The notes beneath the pieces were generated by a model that saw nothing but the letters and a program-made list of their open reading frames with translations, did no database searches and was not told where the DNA came from. This document shows positions 12,775 through 26,307 of a stretch of DNA of 64,000 bases, in pieces (the stretch's first letter is position 1; every line of letters starts with the position of its first letter). The stretch is taken from NCBI GenBank assembly GCA_951406725.2, contig OX597814.1, positions 194,122,001 to 194,186,000 on the forward strand, given 5' to 3'. This DNA is from Octopus vulgaris (taxonomy: Eukaryota). Position numbers and translations under genes: made by a program.

Positions 12775-13172
12775 GCAGTAGTGGCTGTGTGGTAAGTAGC
12801 TTGTTTACCAACCACATGGTTCCGGGTTCAGTCCCACTGCGTGGCACCTTGGGCAAGTGTCTTCTACTATAGCCTCGGGCCAACCAAAGCCTTGTGAGTG
12901 GATTTGGTAGACGGAAACTGAAAGAAGCCCGTCGTATATATGTATATATATGCGTGTGTGTGTTTGTGTGTCTGTGTTTGTCCCCCTAGCATTGCTTGAC
13001 AACCGATGCTGGTGTGTTTATGTCCCCGTTACTTAGCGGTTCGGCAAAAGAGACCGATAGAATAAGTACTGGGCTTACAAAAGAATAAGTCCCAGGGTTG
13101 AGTTGCTCGATTAAAGGCGGTGTTCCAGCATGGCCGCAGTCAAATGACTGAAACAAGTTAAAGAGTAAAGAG
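12775..13172 (+). mobile_element. tRNA-derived CORE-like SINE with internal (TA)/(TG) tract (representative copy)
   Basis: tggctgtgtggtaag...gggttcagtccc head, caccttgggcaagtg core, aagagta tail. Copies at 5400-5560, 29880-30320, 31590-31993, 42305-42580, 49190-49598, 59830-60240, 60850-61012, 63610-64000. Confidence 0.85.
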
Positions 13173-13836
13173 TATATATGTAGTATCTATAAATTTAATA
13201 TTGATCCTACTGCCATCTGTTGCCAGTAATGCATCTCTAGTATTTAATTCAATGAAACAATGCAAACAAACAGTAATATTTCATGAACACTCCACCATCG
13301 TCATTCTCCTATTCTTTTACGAAATCAGAACACTTGTTTCACTCAGTTGTTGTCATCATCCTCATCGTGGTGGTGGTGATGGTGATGATACTGATGATGA
13401 TACTGATGATGATGATCACTACCACCACCATTATCAATATGACTGTATGCTTTAGAAGTTTGCTTCCACAAGCACAGTCTCACTGTGTGGCATCTTAGGC
13501 AAGTGTCTAAGGGCCACCAAGTCTTCTAAGTGAATTTCATAGACAGAAACTGTGTAAAAGCCATTCATATAAATGCATATGTGAGTGTATGTGTGAGTGT
13601 GTGTATATATATATATAAAGGTAATCCAAACATGAAAACACAAAGAGAAAACACAACAACGCGAGTACATGGAACAAGTATAGTGTTATTGGACATTCAG
13701 AAAAGGAAGGAAAGAAGGAGGATTTAATGTTTCGAGTGAAGCTCTTCGTCAGAAACATAGGAAAAGGAAAGATCCAAGGAAGAGAAGATAGAGGAAAAAA
13801 AAAAAAAATCGCCAACTGTACACTCACAGTTACATT

Positions 13837-13884
<48 letters not shown>

Positions 13885-14436
13885 CCGAATAAGATAACAA
13901 ATCCACATTACTTAATTATTGTTATATGTTTTATCTTATATATCTTATATTTAATCTTTCTATAATAATTTTTCTAAATGGTATAATTTAATTTTTCATT
14001 ATTGAATTGATAAAAGGTGGGGTTTTTTTCTAATTTATACACACACACACACATACATAGGTTAATTTATGTTGGATGTATGAGTTCAATACTTGAAGCG
14101 AATATGAAGTATTTTCTTTAATAAAACTGAAACTGAGAATTTCTAGTATGACTCAAGTTTCATGCCATCTCCATCTTCAGGCAAGATCAGTTCTCACCTT
14201 AAGATCACAACGGCACTGAACACAAGTTGTGAGACAAACTCAGTTTCAGTAAAATACTATATATATATATATACACACACACACACATACACCGAGGGTA
14301 TGAGAGGTATTGGTGTCTAGAAGACCCAAAGAGTTTTGGGTAACGCTAAACAAGTGCTATGGATAGACCATGGTTAAACTCTTGGTTCGATAACGATACA
14401 AGTGAGGTGTCTAATGTGAGTCTTGTATTAGCATGC

Positions 14437-15041
<605 letters not shown>

Positions 15042-15531
15042 ATCTGTTTCAACACACGACTTCACATAAAAAATCTTGCACAACAAATATTTAAACGTAT
15101 ATATATATATATATACATATATACATATATATATATATATATTAGACTGAATGAGATAACAAATCCAAGGCTGTGAGGAGTCTTCAGGACATTTATATTG
15201 AAATAGTCTTACAGCTGTTTCTGGGATATTAGGGATATCCCAGAAACAGCTGTAAGACTATTTCATTATAAATGTCCCAAAAACTCCTCACAGCCTTGGA
15301 TTTGTTATCTTATTTGGTATAATCCTCTTGGTGATTTTGGATAAAATTATACAAATGAGTCCTTCGAATTTAACTAACTTCTATATTTTTATGCAGCTGA
15401 AGATTGCTCTACATTTTAAATTGATGTAATGTTTGCATTGTTCAATTAAATGGAGTCGCATGAAACAATCGTACTGCATTACCTCTGGATATCCTTGTTG
15501 CTTATTTTGAGTATATATATATATATATATA

Positions 15532-15569
<38 letters not shown>

Positions 15570-17633
15570 CATTTATACGAATGGCTTCTATGCAGTTTCT
15601 GTCCATGAAATTCACTTACAAGACTTGGTCGGCCCTGAAGTGTAACAGAAGATACTTGCCTAAGATGCCACACAGTGAGATTGTGGTTGTGGAAGCAAAC
15701 TTCTTAAGCATACAGTCAGATTAATAACAGTGGTGGTAGTGATCATCGTCATCACTATCAACATCATCATCAGTATCATCACCATCACCACCACCACGAT
15801 GAGGATGATGACAACAACTGAGTGAAACAAGTGTTCTGATTTAGTAAAAGAATAGGAGAATGACGATGGTGTAGTGTTCATGAAATATTACTATTTGTTT
15901 ACATTATTTCATTGAATTAAATACTAGAGATGCATTACTGGCAACAGATGGCAGTAGGATCAATTCACAGTTAGAAACCTTTCTTCAAGATCAATTAACC
16001 AAATACTCATCAACCCTCACACACCTATCAATATCATAAATCTATATTTCCTTGTCACACTTTAACTGTTCATCATCATCATCATTGTTTAATGTCCGCT
16101 TTCCATGCTAGCATGGGTTGGATGATTTGACTGAGGTTTGGTGAACCAGATGGCTGCACCAGGCTCCAGTCTGATCTGGCAGAGTTTCTACAGCTGGATG
16201 CCCTTCCTAATGCCAACCACTCCGAGAGTGTAGTGAGTGCTTTTATTTGCCACCGGTACAAGGGCCAGTCAGGCAGTACTGGCAACGGCCACGCTCAAAT
16301 GGTGTTTTTTACATGCCACCTGCACAGGAGCCAGTCCAGCGGCATTGGCAATGACCTTGCTCGAATGTTTTTTCACGTGCCAGTAAGGCGACACAGGTAA
16401 CAATCACGCTCAAATGGTGCTTTTTACGTGCCACCGACACAGAAGCCAGTTAGCTGCTCTGGCAACGATCATGCTCAGATGGTGCTCTTAGGGCTCCACT
16501 AGCACAGATGCCAGTCATCAAATTTGATTTCGATTTCACTTGCCTCAACAGGTCTTCACAAGCAGAGTTTACTGTCCAATAGCAAACAATGAGGACAGGG
16601 AAAATCACAATGACAGTGATGATGAACTAGACATGTATCTTACAAGATAACCCACAGGAACAATTCATGGCAGTTCAGATCTGGCCTTACTTGTGAGGTA
16701 AGAGCAGAATTGAGACCAACCCACCATTAGAAACTGTCATTATCTTGGTGATGAAAAATGTAGCAATTTCAGTTCTATATTTAAGAGATGAGGAATTATG
16801 TACATTATTTACATTATTTATGTTGTGTCTGGGGAGAGTCATTTTCTTTTTGTGCCTTATAATGTAACACACTCACCGGTAAAATTTCCACTTTTTTCCT
16901 TATTTTTATTTTCCTAAAATTTTCGTTAAAAAGAAAATGACTCTCCCCAGACACAACAGAATATGCTTCAACACACAAACTCATATAAAGAACCTTGCAA
17001 ACCAAATCCAAGAACGAAATACATTATTTATATTTAACGGATATTTGTCCTCATCTTGTTTGTTGTTAACACAATGTTTTAGCTGATATACCCTCCAGCC
17101 TTCATCAAGGTTCTCATTCCCAGAAAGAATAAAAAGCTAAGTCAACTTCAGAAGGATTTAAACTCAGAACCTAAAAACCCAGAACAAATAGTTTCTTAAT
17201 GGTTGAACCAATCTGCAACCCTTTCAACAACAATTATTTCTGAGACACAAAACTAGCAATTTAGGTGTATGGAAGTTAGTCAATTTCTGATGTTTTATTT
17301 TATCAACACCTAATGGAAAAAAAGGCCCATTTAACTTGGAGGGGATTTGAACTCAGGATGTAAAGAGCTGGAAGAAATACTTCAAGGCAATTTTTCCAAT
17401 GCTCTAAAAATTCTACCAAACCAATAATAAACAAAAGCATTCAGAGAGTGCAAACCTCTGCCAAGGCAACACCAATGTCCTCTCAACGATTAGCCAGAGA
17501 TGATTTTAAAATGAGAATATATGAAGTAAACTCTACTGCTCTTACAAACGAAAATACTAAACCTGTCCACTCTCAAAAATTAACTTAAAAAAAAAAAAGG
17601 AAAAAATAATCCAGAATCCTTGCCCAAATGATG

Positions 17634-17671
<38 letters not shown>

Positions 17672-17909
17672 CCTTTCTATTATAAGTACAAGGTCTGAAA
17701 TTTGGGGATGGGGTTAAGTTGGTTACATCGACCCCAGTGCTCAACTGGTACTTAATTTATCGACCCCAAAAGGATGAAAGGCATATTCGACCTTGGCAGA
17801 ATTTGAACTCAGAACATAGCGACGGGTGAAATACTGCTAAGCACTTCATCCGGCGTGCTAACAATTCTGCCAGCTCGCCACCAATATTAATAATAAGTGA
17901 AATACTCAC

Positions 17910-17989
17910 TCTGATAAAAGTGGAAATATTGTCCATGCACCAGTAATTGGCCATTTCTTGTGAGTAAAGAATAGTTTAGGTTTTTCATC
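17910..17989 (-). CDS. B3GLCT: B3GLCT coding exon 4 (DEKPKLFFTHKKWPITGAWTIFPLLS)
   Basis: tttcttag acceptor, AGA|gtgagt donor; 80 nt, phase 0-2; contains the GAWTI(F/L)PLL signature of B3GLCT. Confidence 0.93.
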
Positions 17990-18064
17990 CTAAGAAATAT
18001 GAAATCATAAAAGAGAAGTTAGACATGTATATAACAATAGGCTAATATTGAAGGGAGAGGGTCA

Positions 18065-18763
18065 GTATATCTCCAGAGGTCTCGGTCTTTTGTCATTGCC
18101 TCTGTGCGGCCCAACGTTTGAAGGTCATGCTTAACCACCTTGTCCCATGTCTTCCTGGGTGTACCTCTACTCTGGATTCCTTCAACTGTTTGGGAGTGGC
18201 ACTTCACACATCTCTCATCCAGCCATAGTACAGGGCCATACCAACGCAAACATCTCTCCTGCACGCCACATCAAAATAAAAAGCAAATGGAAATTGTAAT
18301 TGTGATACCCGTGCCGGTGGCATATAAAAAGCAACATCAGAATGTGGCCAATGCCAGCGCTGCCTTGACTGGCTTCCATGCTGGTGGCACATAAAAAGCA
18401 CCAAACAATCATGGCCGTTACCAGTCTCCTCTGGCCCCTGTGCCAGTGGCACATAAAAGGCACCATCCGAAAGTGGCCGTTGCCAGCACCACCCTGACTG
18501 GCGTCTATATCTGTGGCACATAAAAAGCACCAACCTATCGTGGCCATTGCCAACCTCCCCTGGCACTTGTGCCAGTGGCATGTAAAAAACACCCACTACA
18601 CTCACGGAGTGGTTGGCATTAGGAAGGGCATCCAGCTGTAGAAACACTGCCAGATCAGACTGGAGCCTGGTGCAACCTCCTGGTTTCCCAGACCCCAGTC
18701 GAACCGTCCAACCCATGCTAGCATGGAAAATGGACGTTAAACGATGATGATGATAATGATGAT
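18065..18763. mobile_element. RTE LINE insertion with 5' inversion
   Basis: ORF end on minus (QERCLRWYG...RGTPRKTW...DRDLWR, 18065-18272), 3' UTR and tail on plus, 8-bp TSD GAGGGTCA. Confidence 0.8.
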
Positions 18764-19458
18764 GAGGGTCATGTGATAATATAGTTATCTGATGCTTAAC
18801 CTTGTAATTATTATCAAAAGATACAATATAAATAGGGGGAATACACTGAATATAGTACAAAGAGTCTGGTACACGTCAACATCACACATCTAATTACTGG
18901 TATCAATTCAGGAGATCAGGCAACTGGCTGTAAAGAATCTACCTCAGTGAATTCCATTTTACTTTTGCAAGCACCACCCTGACTGGCGTCTATATCTGTG
19001 GCACATAAAAAGCACCAACCTATCGTGGCCATTGCCAACCTCCCCTGGCACTTGTGCCAGTGGCATGTAAAAAACACCCACTACACTCACGGAGTGGTTG
19101 GCGTTAGGAAGGGCATCCAGCTGTAGAAACACTGCCAGATCAGACTGGGCCTGGTGCAACCTCCTGGCTTTCCCAGACCCCAGTCGAACCGTCCAACCCA
19201 TGCTAGCATGGAAAATGGACGTTAAACGATGATGATGATAATGATGATGAGGGTCATGTGATAATATAGTTATCTGATGCTTAACCTTGTAATTATCATC
19301 AAAAGATACAATATAAATAGGGGGAATACACTGAATATAGTACAAAGAGTCTGGTACACGTCAACATCACACATCTAATTACTGGTATCAATTCAGGAGA
19401 TCAGGCAACTGGCTGTAAAGAATCTACCTCAGTGAATTCCATTTTACTTTTGCAAGCA
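18485..19458. repeat. 485-bp tandem duplication
   Basis: 18485-18973 repeated at 18970-19458 with few differences; AGCA microhomology at the junction. Confidence 0.9.
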
Positions 19459-19656
19459 TGGCTCAAGTCACAAATCAGGAATGAGGGATCAATCAATAAA
19501 ATTGATCTGTGGCTTGATTTAATTGACCCTTGAAGCATGAAAGGCAAAGCTAACAAATCCAGAGACTAACCATGGCTAAACACCACAAAAACTCAGCAGT
19601 GGACACTCATACGGGAAGCCTTATGTACAAGAGATTAGGAACTCAAAATCTGTTAC

Positions 19657-19766
19657 CTTTGAAACACCTTTCAGTTGGTTGTAGAAGTCCTTTTTAAATT
19701 GCTTTGCTCTTTCTAAGTGGAAGGTAGTGTCTTGTGTAAGGATGACAAAAACAATGTCTTTTAAGG
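19657..19766 (-). CDS. B3GLCT: B3GLCT coding exon 3 (LKDIVFVILTQDTTFHLERAKQFKKDFYNQLKGVSK)
   Basis: cttccag acceptor, AAG|gtaaca donor; 110 nt. Resembles human B3GLCT as recalled ([25 protein letters not shown]). Confidence 0.92.
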
Positions 19767-19774
19767 CTGGAAGA

Positions 19775-20078
19775 TAATAATAATAACAATAATAATAATA
19801 ACAATAATAATAATTAATAATAATAATAGTTAATAAATAATAATAAATAATAATAATTAATAAATAATAATTAATAAATAATAATTAATAATAATAATAA
19901 ATAATAATTAATAATAATAATAAATAATAATAAATAATAATAATAATAATAATAATTAATAATAATAATAATAAATAATAATAATAATTAATAATAATAA
20001 TAATAATAATAAATAATAATAATAATAATTAATAATAATAATAATTAATAATAATAATAATAATAATTAATAATAATA

Positions 20079-20113
<35 letters not shown>
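19775..20113. repeat. (AAT)n microsatellite abutting the B3GLCT exon 3 acceptor
   Basis: About 340 bp of imperfect AAT. Confidence 0.95.
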
Positions 20114-20114
<1 letters not shown>

Positions 20115-21624
20115 CTTTTCTATTATCGGGCACAGTGGTTTAAATTTGGGGGAGAGGGATAGTCAACTACATCGACCCCAATACTCAGCTGGTACTTAAT
20201 TTGCCAACCCTGAAAGGATGAAAGGTAAAGTCGACCTCAACGGAATTTGAACTCAGAGCATAATGACGGGTGAAATACAGCTAAACACTTCGTTCAGCAT
20301 GCTAACAATTCTGCCATCTCACCACTTTAATAATAATAATAATATTTGTTCCTTCTCGAGCCATGCCTGGCTCATAAGGGCTGGTTTCCTGGTTTCCTTG
20401 GCGTATAGGTTCCCCACATGGACAGGATACCGGTCCGTCGCAGGTGAGCTGCAAGATGCAGGAGGAAAGAGGGAGAGAAAATTGTGGCGAAAGAGTCAGC
20501 AGAAGTTTGCCATTACCTTCTGCTGGAGCTGCATGGAGCTTAAGTGTTTCACTCATAACCATACACATTACCTGGTCTGAGATTTGAACACGTGATCGCT
20601 TAACCGCAAGTCCGCTGCTCTAACCACTAGGCCATGTGTCTCCACCAATAATAATAATAATAAAATATTCCTTGGAACTGCTTGATAATTGATGATACCA
20701 TATCAGACTGCTGCTTGTAGAGAGCTAGCATCCATATTACATCACCAATAACAAATGGGATAATAATCTTGATTTTTGGCACAAGACCAGCACTTTTGAG
20801 AGGAGAGGAAAGCCAGTTCCATCAACCACAGTGTTCAATTGGTACATATTTTATTGATCCCGAAAAGATAAAATGCAAAGACAATCTCAGAGGAAAGAAG
20901 AAAAACTCATAATAATATAATAATAATAATCCTTTCTACTAAAGACACAAGGCCTGAAATTTTGTGGTGAAGGGCTAAGTCGATTATATCAACTGTAGTG
21001 TTTCACTGGTACTTAATTTATTGACCCCAAAAGGAAGAAAGACAAAGTTGACAGCAGAATTTGAACTCAGAATGTCAAGACAGACGCAATGCCGCCTAGC
21101 ATTTTTCTCAGCATGCCAACAATATAATAATAACTAATTTTGGTACAACACTTTAATAATTCCATTTCTTTGCTAATAAGGTCAATTCGTGCATACAAAA
21201 CATTAGCAAAAGGGTTTAGTAGACTATTAATAATGATAATAATAATAAAAACATATATTTATTGATGTCAGATGGTAACAGATTGTTCATACTTCATACA
21301 ATGACGTACGAAGTTCGCCCATGAAATAAAAATGTTTAAAGTAATCAAAAGATGACAGACACATCGTTATATTTCATAATTACAGTCTTCTTTGAATGGT
21401 TTGTATGTACGCACATATATGCGAGACTGAATGAATAAGCATTCAACTGGTGTGTATGTGTAATTATGTATTAGAGGCTGGTATATATACATATATGGGC
21501 TGCTGTGTATACTTATGTATGTGTCATATATGTGTGTGTGTGTGAGTGAGTACGTACACACATGATTATGTATCGGGGCAAGTATATATATGTGTATATG
21601 TACATTTGTATATGCCTATATAGG

Positions 21625-21901
21625 TACAGTGTGCCATAATTTCTTTTCCTCAACAAGCCCTGCCCTGTTGAGGAAAAGGATCCCATCACCTTTAAATGGA
21701 GTCTGGACAGATTTCTTCAAGGAATACCGGATAAGCCACCCATACCTGGATACAACTCACTCAACAAGAACTCACTACTTGAATGGACAATAAACAAAAC
21801 TTGACTTAAAAAGGATTTAGATAATCCTATCAGGTGGTGCAATTAAGTTAGACATGGCCTGGATCAATCTTTGGTCGAAACATATCTAAGTTTATCTAAG
21901 T
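21625..21901 (+). mobile_element. LINE 3' end (CR1/Jockey group)
   Basis: EKDPITFKWSLDRFLQGIPDKPPIPGYNSLNKNSLLEW, then a short UTR and (atctaagttt) tail repeats. Confidence 0.6.
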
Positions 21902-23459
21902 GTATATACAGATCTGATTTCAAGTGTATGTAGATATATGAGCTATTGGTGACATGTGTGCGAGTGTGTAAGCCTACACAGGTATGTTTGTCGATGTGTG
22001 TTCTACTGTATGTAAGCACCTGTACGTAAAAGGAGATTCTGAAGTTGTATGTAAGAGCATATAAGTGTAGTTAGGTGTATTTTCTCCTCACCTACACACA
22101 CACACACACGTACATATTCTCACACACATATACATATTCTGACACACACACAGAGCCATACATACTGATACACACACTGATACATATTCAGATGCACACA
22201 CACACACACACACACACAGAGCCACACATACTGATACATATTCAGACACTCACACAAACGTACATATTAAGACACACGCATGCGCACAGACACACACACA
22301 CACACACATAGACACACATACACAGACACACACACACACAGACACACACATACACAGACACACACACACACACACACACACTTCTCTGACATCTTTCCAA
22401 AAAAAATATGGAACTAATATCGGAATCAATTACCAATTTACTTTAAAAAAAAAAATGAAAAAAAAATGAAACTTTAGCTGTCTAATTAGTATAGCATATT
22501 ATGAATAAATTACACATTATACAAATGGGGTGGGGGCGAGATGGTTCTTGTAGGTTGTTGGAGAGTCGCAGAAAAATACAGATTTAGCTTTTGTATGAAG
22601 AACGAGTGAGGGTGGGGTGGATAAGTTGGGTTACTTCACAACGCCCAAATAATGAAAGGGAAACGAAGTAGGAATTTATACCCAGAATTTTTTACAAGAC
22701 TAACTGCAGCAAAGTATTTAGCTTGCTAATTATTGTTTCATAACAACAACAACAACAACAACACCAGCAATAATTTTGTATTGAAAGAAGGCTACAAATT
22801 AATACACAAGATTGAATTTAATCATTCACACATGTCTTGATGCTTATTTTAACGTCCTAAATACAGCGTAAGGTGAAGTCAGTACAAGGATTTGAACACA
22901 GCATAAAAGGACAAGAGGCATAGAATTGATACAGGGTGGGAATAGTTTGGTTGGGTGGTTAAGAAGTTTGCTTCTTAACCACATGGTTCTTAGTTCAATC
23001 CCATTGCATGGCACTTTGGGCAAATGTCATCTGTTATAGACCTTTTTCTTTACTACCCACAAGGAGCTAAACACAGAGGAGACAAACAAGGACAGACAAA
23101 TGGATTAAGTCGATTATATCGACCCCCAGTGCATAACTGGTACTTAATTTATCGACTCCGAAAGGATGAAAGGCAAAGTCAAACCAATGCTTTGCGAGTG
23201 AATTTGGTAGCTGAAAACTATATGGAAGCCTATCACATGTGTAAATATTTGTGTGTGTGTGTGTGTGTGTCCCCTCAACTACCATTGCTTGACGATGGTG
23301 TTGGTTTGTTTATATCCCTGTACAATAAGTGTCCAAATTAGAAAAATACTGGGATTGATTTGTTCAACTAAAATCCTTCAAGATGGTGCCCTAGTATAGC
23401 CACAGCTCAATGACTGAAACAAGCAAAAAAAAAAAATGAAAGAGGGTTTCATAGGCTAA

Positions 23460-23703
23460 TGCTTCTGGTTCTGTCTGTCTGGCTGACGGGGTGGCTCCAG
23501 CTGGTATCCGAGGATTGGGTCTGCTAGTTTCTATCCAGTCTCCTTAGCTGATGTTTGTGCCAAATGTGACTTTAGAGTCCAAGTTGGTGGTGGAAGAGTC
23601 ATGGGCAGAATTCACACGTGGGGTGGGGGCCTTTGAAAAGATACTCCCAAGGTACGAGAAGTGTTCAACTTCCTCCAGGATTTGGCCATTGATGCTAATA
23701 CAT
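23460..23703 (-). mobile_element. RTE-type reverse transcriptase fragment
   Basis: ISINGQILEEVEHFSYLGS (FxYLG thumb motif). Confidence 0.6.
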
Positions 23704-24906
23704 ATAAGGAAAATAAGACAAGGTAGAAAATGCTAAAAGAATTTTATGACGAAGAACATTTCAGCAGTGGGTTCGGTCTTTTTGACTTTTTCAACTTAGA
23801 ATAAAGCATTCTAAGTTGAAAAAGTCAAAAAGACTGAAACCGGTGCTAAAATGTTCTTCATGATAAAATTCTTTTAGCATTTTCTACTTTGTTTTATTTT
23901 TCTTATACATATCAACTTGTGTGTTACTTTTGAACCTCCTATATACATGTGTGTCTGGGTGTGTGTGTGTGTGTGCACGCGCATGTATATATGTGTGTGT
24001 GTGTATATGTGTGTGTGTGTAAATGTGCTTGCATATGTATGTGTGTATGTATATATGTGTGTATATATATGTGTGTGTGTATATGTGTGTGCGTGCATGT
24101 GTGTGCATGCGTATATATGTATGTGTGTGCATGCGTATATATGTATGTGTGTGTGTATATGTGAGTGTGTGTATATGTGAGTGTGTGTATATGTGAGTGT
24201 GTGTATATGTGAGTGTGTGTATGTGTGTGTGTGTATGTGTGTGTGTGTGTGTGTATGTGTGTGTGTATGTGTATGTATGTGTGTGTAAAAGTCAATCTTG
24301 GTGGAATTTGAGCTCAGAACATGGAAGACAGGAAATACCACTAAACATGTTGTCTGGCATGCTAATGGCTAATGGCTCTGCCAGCTTGGCCAATAATAAC
24401 AACTGTTCCAGAGTTAGACAGAAGAAAAGCAGTTTTGAGAAAGGGATTAGTTGACGCCATCATGCTCGGATGGTGCTCTTAGCACTCCACTAGCACGGGT
24501 GCCAGTCATCAAATTTGATTCGATTTCACTTGCCTCAACAGGTCTTTGCAAGCAGAGTTTAGTGTCCAATAAAGGAAAGGTATGCATAAGTGGTATAGGC
24601 CATGGGTTATGGTCTCTCTTGGCTTGCCGCGTCTTCTCATGCACTGCATATTTCCAAAGGTCTCGGCCACTAGTCACTGCCTAGGTGAGGCCTATGAGAG
24701 GTAATGGTGTCAATAAGACCCAAAGGTGTCAGGTAATGCTGAGTAAGTGCTATGGACAGACTATAGTTAAGCTCCAGATTCGGTGATTATGTGAACGAGG
24801 AGTCTCCGATGGAGGGATATATAAAATATCCCGGAAACAGCTGTAAGACCTTCTTATAAATGTTTTAAAATCTTTCACAGCCTTGGATTTTTATCTCATT
24901 CTGAAA

Positions 24907-24943
<37 letters not shown>

Positions 24944-26088
24944 ATCATCATCATCATTTAGCGTCCGCTTTCCATGCTAGCATGGGATGGACGGTTCAAC
25001 TGGGGTCTGTGAAGCCAGAAGGCTGCATCAGGCCCAGTCTGATCTGGCAGTGTTTCTACGGCTGGAAGCCCTTCCTAACGCCAACCACTCCGTGAGTGTA
25101 GTGGGTGCTTTTTACGTGCCACCCGCACAGGTGCCAGACGGAGCTGGCAAATGGCCACGAACGGATGGTGCTTTTACGTGCCACCGGCACGGGGGCCAGG
25201 CGAGGCTGGCAACGGACACAAACGGATGGTGCTTTTACGTGCCACCGGCACGTATATATATGTGTGTGTGTGTGTGTGTATATATATATGTATATATGAA
25301 ATTTTGAAATTAGTTTATAGACCCCCAGTACTATCTTTGCAAAGCACAGGTTGGGAACCACTGCTCTATAGGCACAAGGTCTGACATTTGGTGGAGGGAA
25401 CCAGTCAATAATATTGACCCCAGAGCTGTATTGGTACACATTTCATTGATTCTGAAAGGATGAAAGATAAAGTAGACCTCAGTGGAATTTGAACTCAGAA
25501 CATATAGACAGGCAAAATGCTTAATGGCATTTTGCTTCACAAGCTAATGATTCTGTCAGCTCACCACCGTAATAATAATAATAATCATCATCATCATTTA
25601 ATGTCTGCTTTCCATGCTGGCATGGGTTGGATGGTTTGACTGAGGACTGGCAAGCCAGAAGGCTGCACCAGGCTCCAAACTAATCTGGCAAGGTTTCTAC
25701 AGCTTGGATGCCCTTCCTAATGCCAACCACTCCAAGAGTGTAGCGGATGATTTTTACGTGCTATAGGCATGGGGGCCAGTCAGGCAGCACTGGCATCAAC
25801 CACACTTGAATGGTGCTTTTTATGTGCCACCAGCATGGGAGCCAGTCAGACATCACTGGCATCAAATAATAAAGATTTCAAATTTTGGCACAAGGCCAAC
25901 AACTTCAGGAGAAGGGGCACATCGATTACATCGACCCCAATATTCAACTGGTACTTATTTTATCAACCCTGAAAGGATGAAAGGCAAAGTGGATCTTGGC
26001 AGAATTTGAACTCAGAATGTAAAGATGAACAAAATACCACAAAGCATTTTACCCAACGTGCCAACAATTCTACCAGCTCACGCCTTAA

Positions 26089-26307
26089 CCCATTAGTGCC
26101 CAAATCTTTTTATTTAATTTATTACCAAAAATCTTTTCTTATACAACTTTATCCGATACTAAATATATAAAAAAATTCTATTACAATATTTGAAAGACAC
26201 TCCAATCTTGATGACTGACTAAAAATATCTCAGAAAAATACAGGTGTTGCAGAAATATGATGGATTATCATTCTGGTCCTAAAAAAAGGACCATGGGTGT
26301 TAATGGG
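26089..26307. mobile_element. piggyBac-type MITE
   Basis: TTAA|CCCATTA...TAATGGG|TTAA. Confidence 0.7.
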
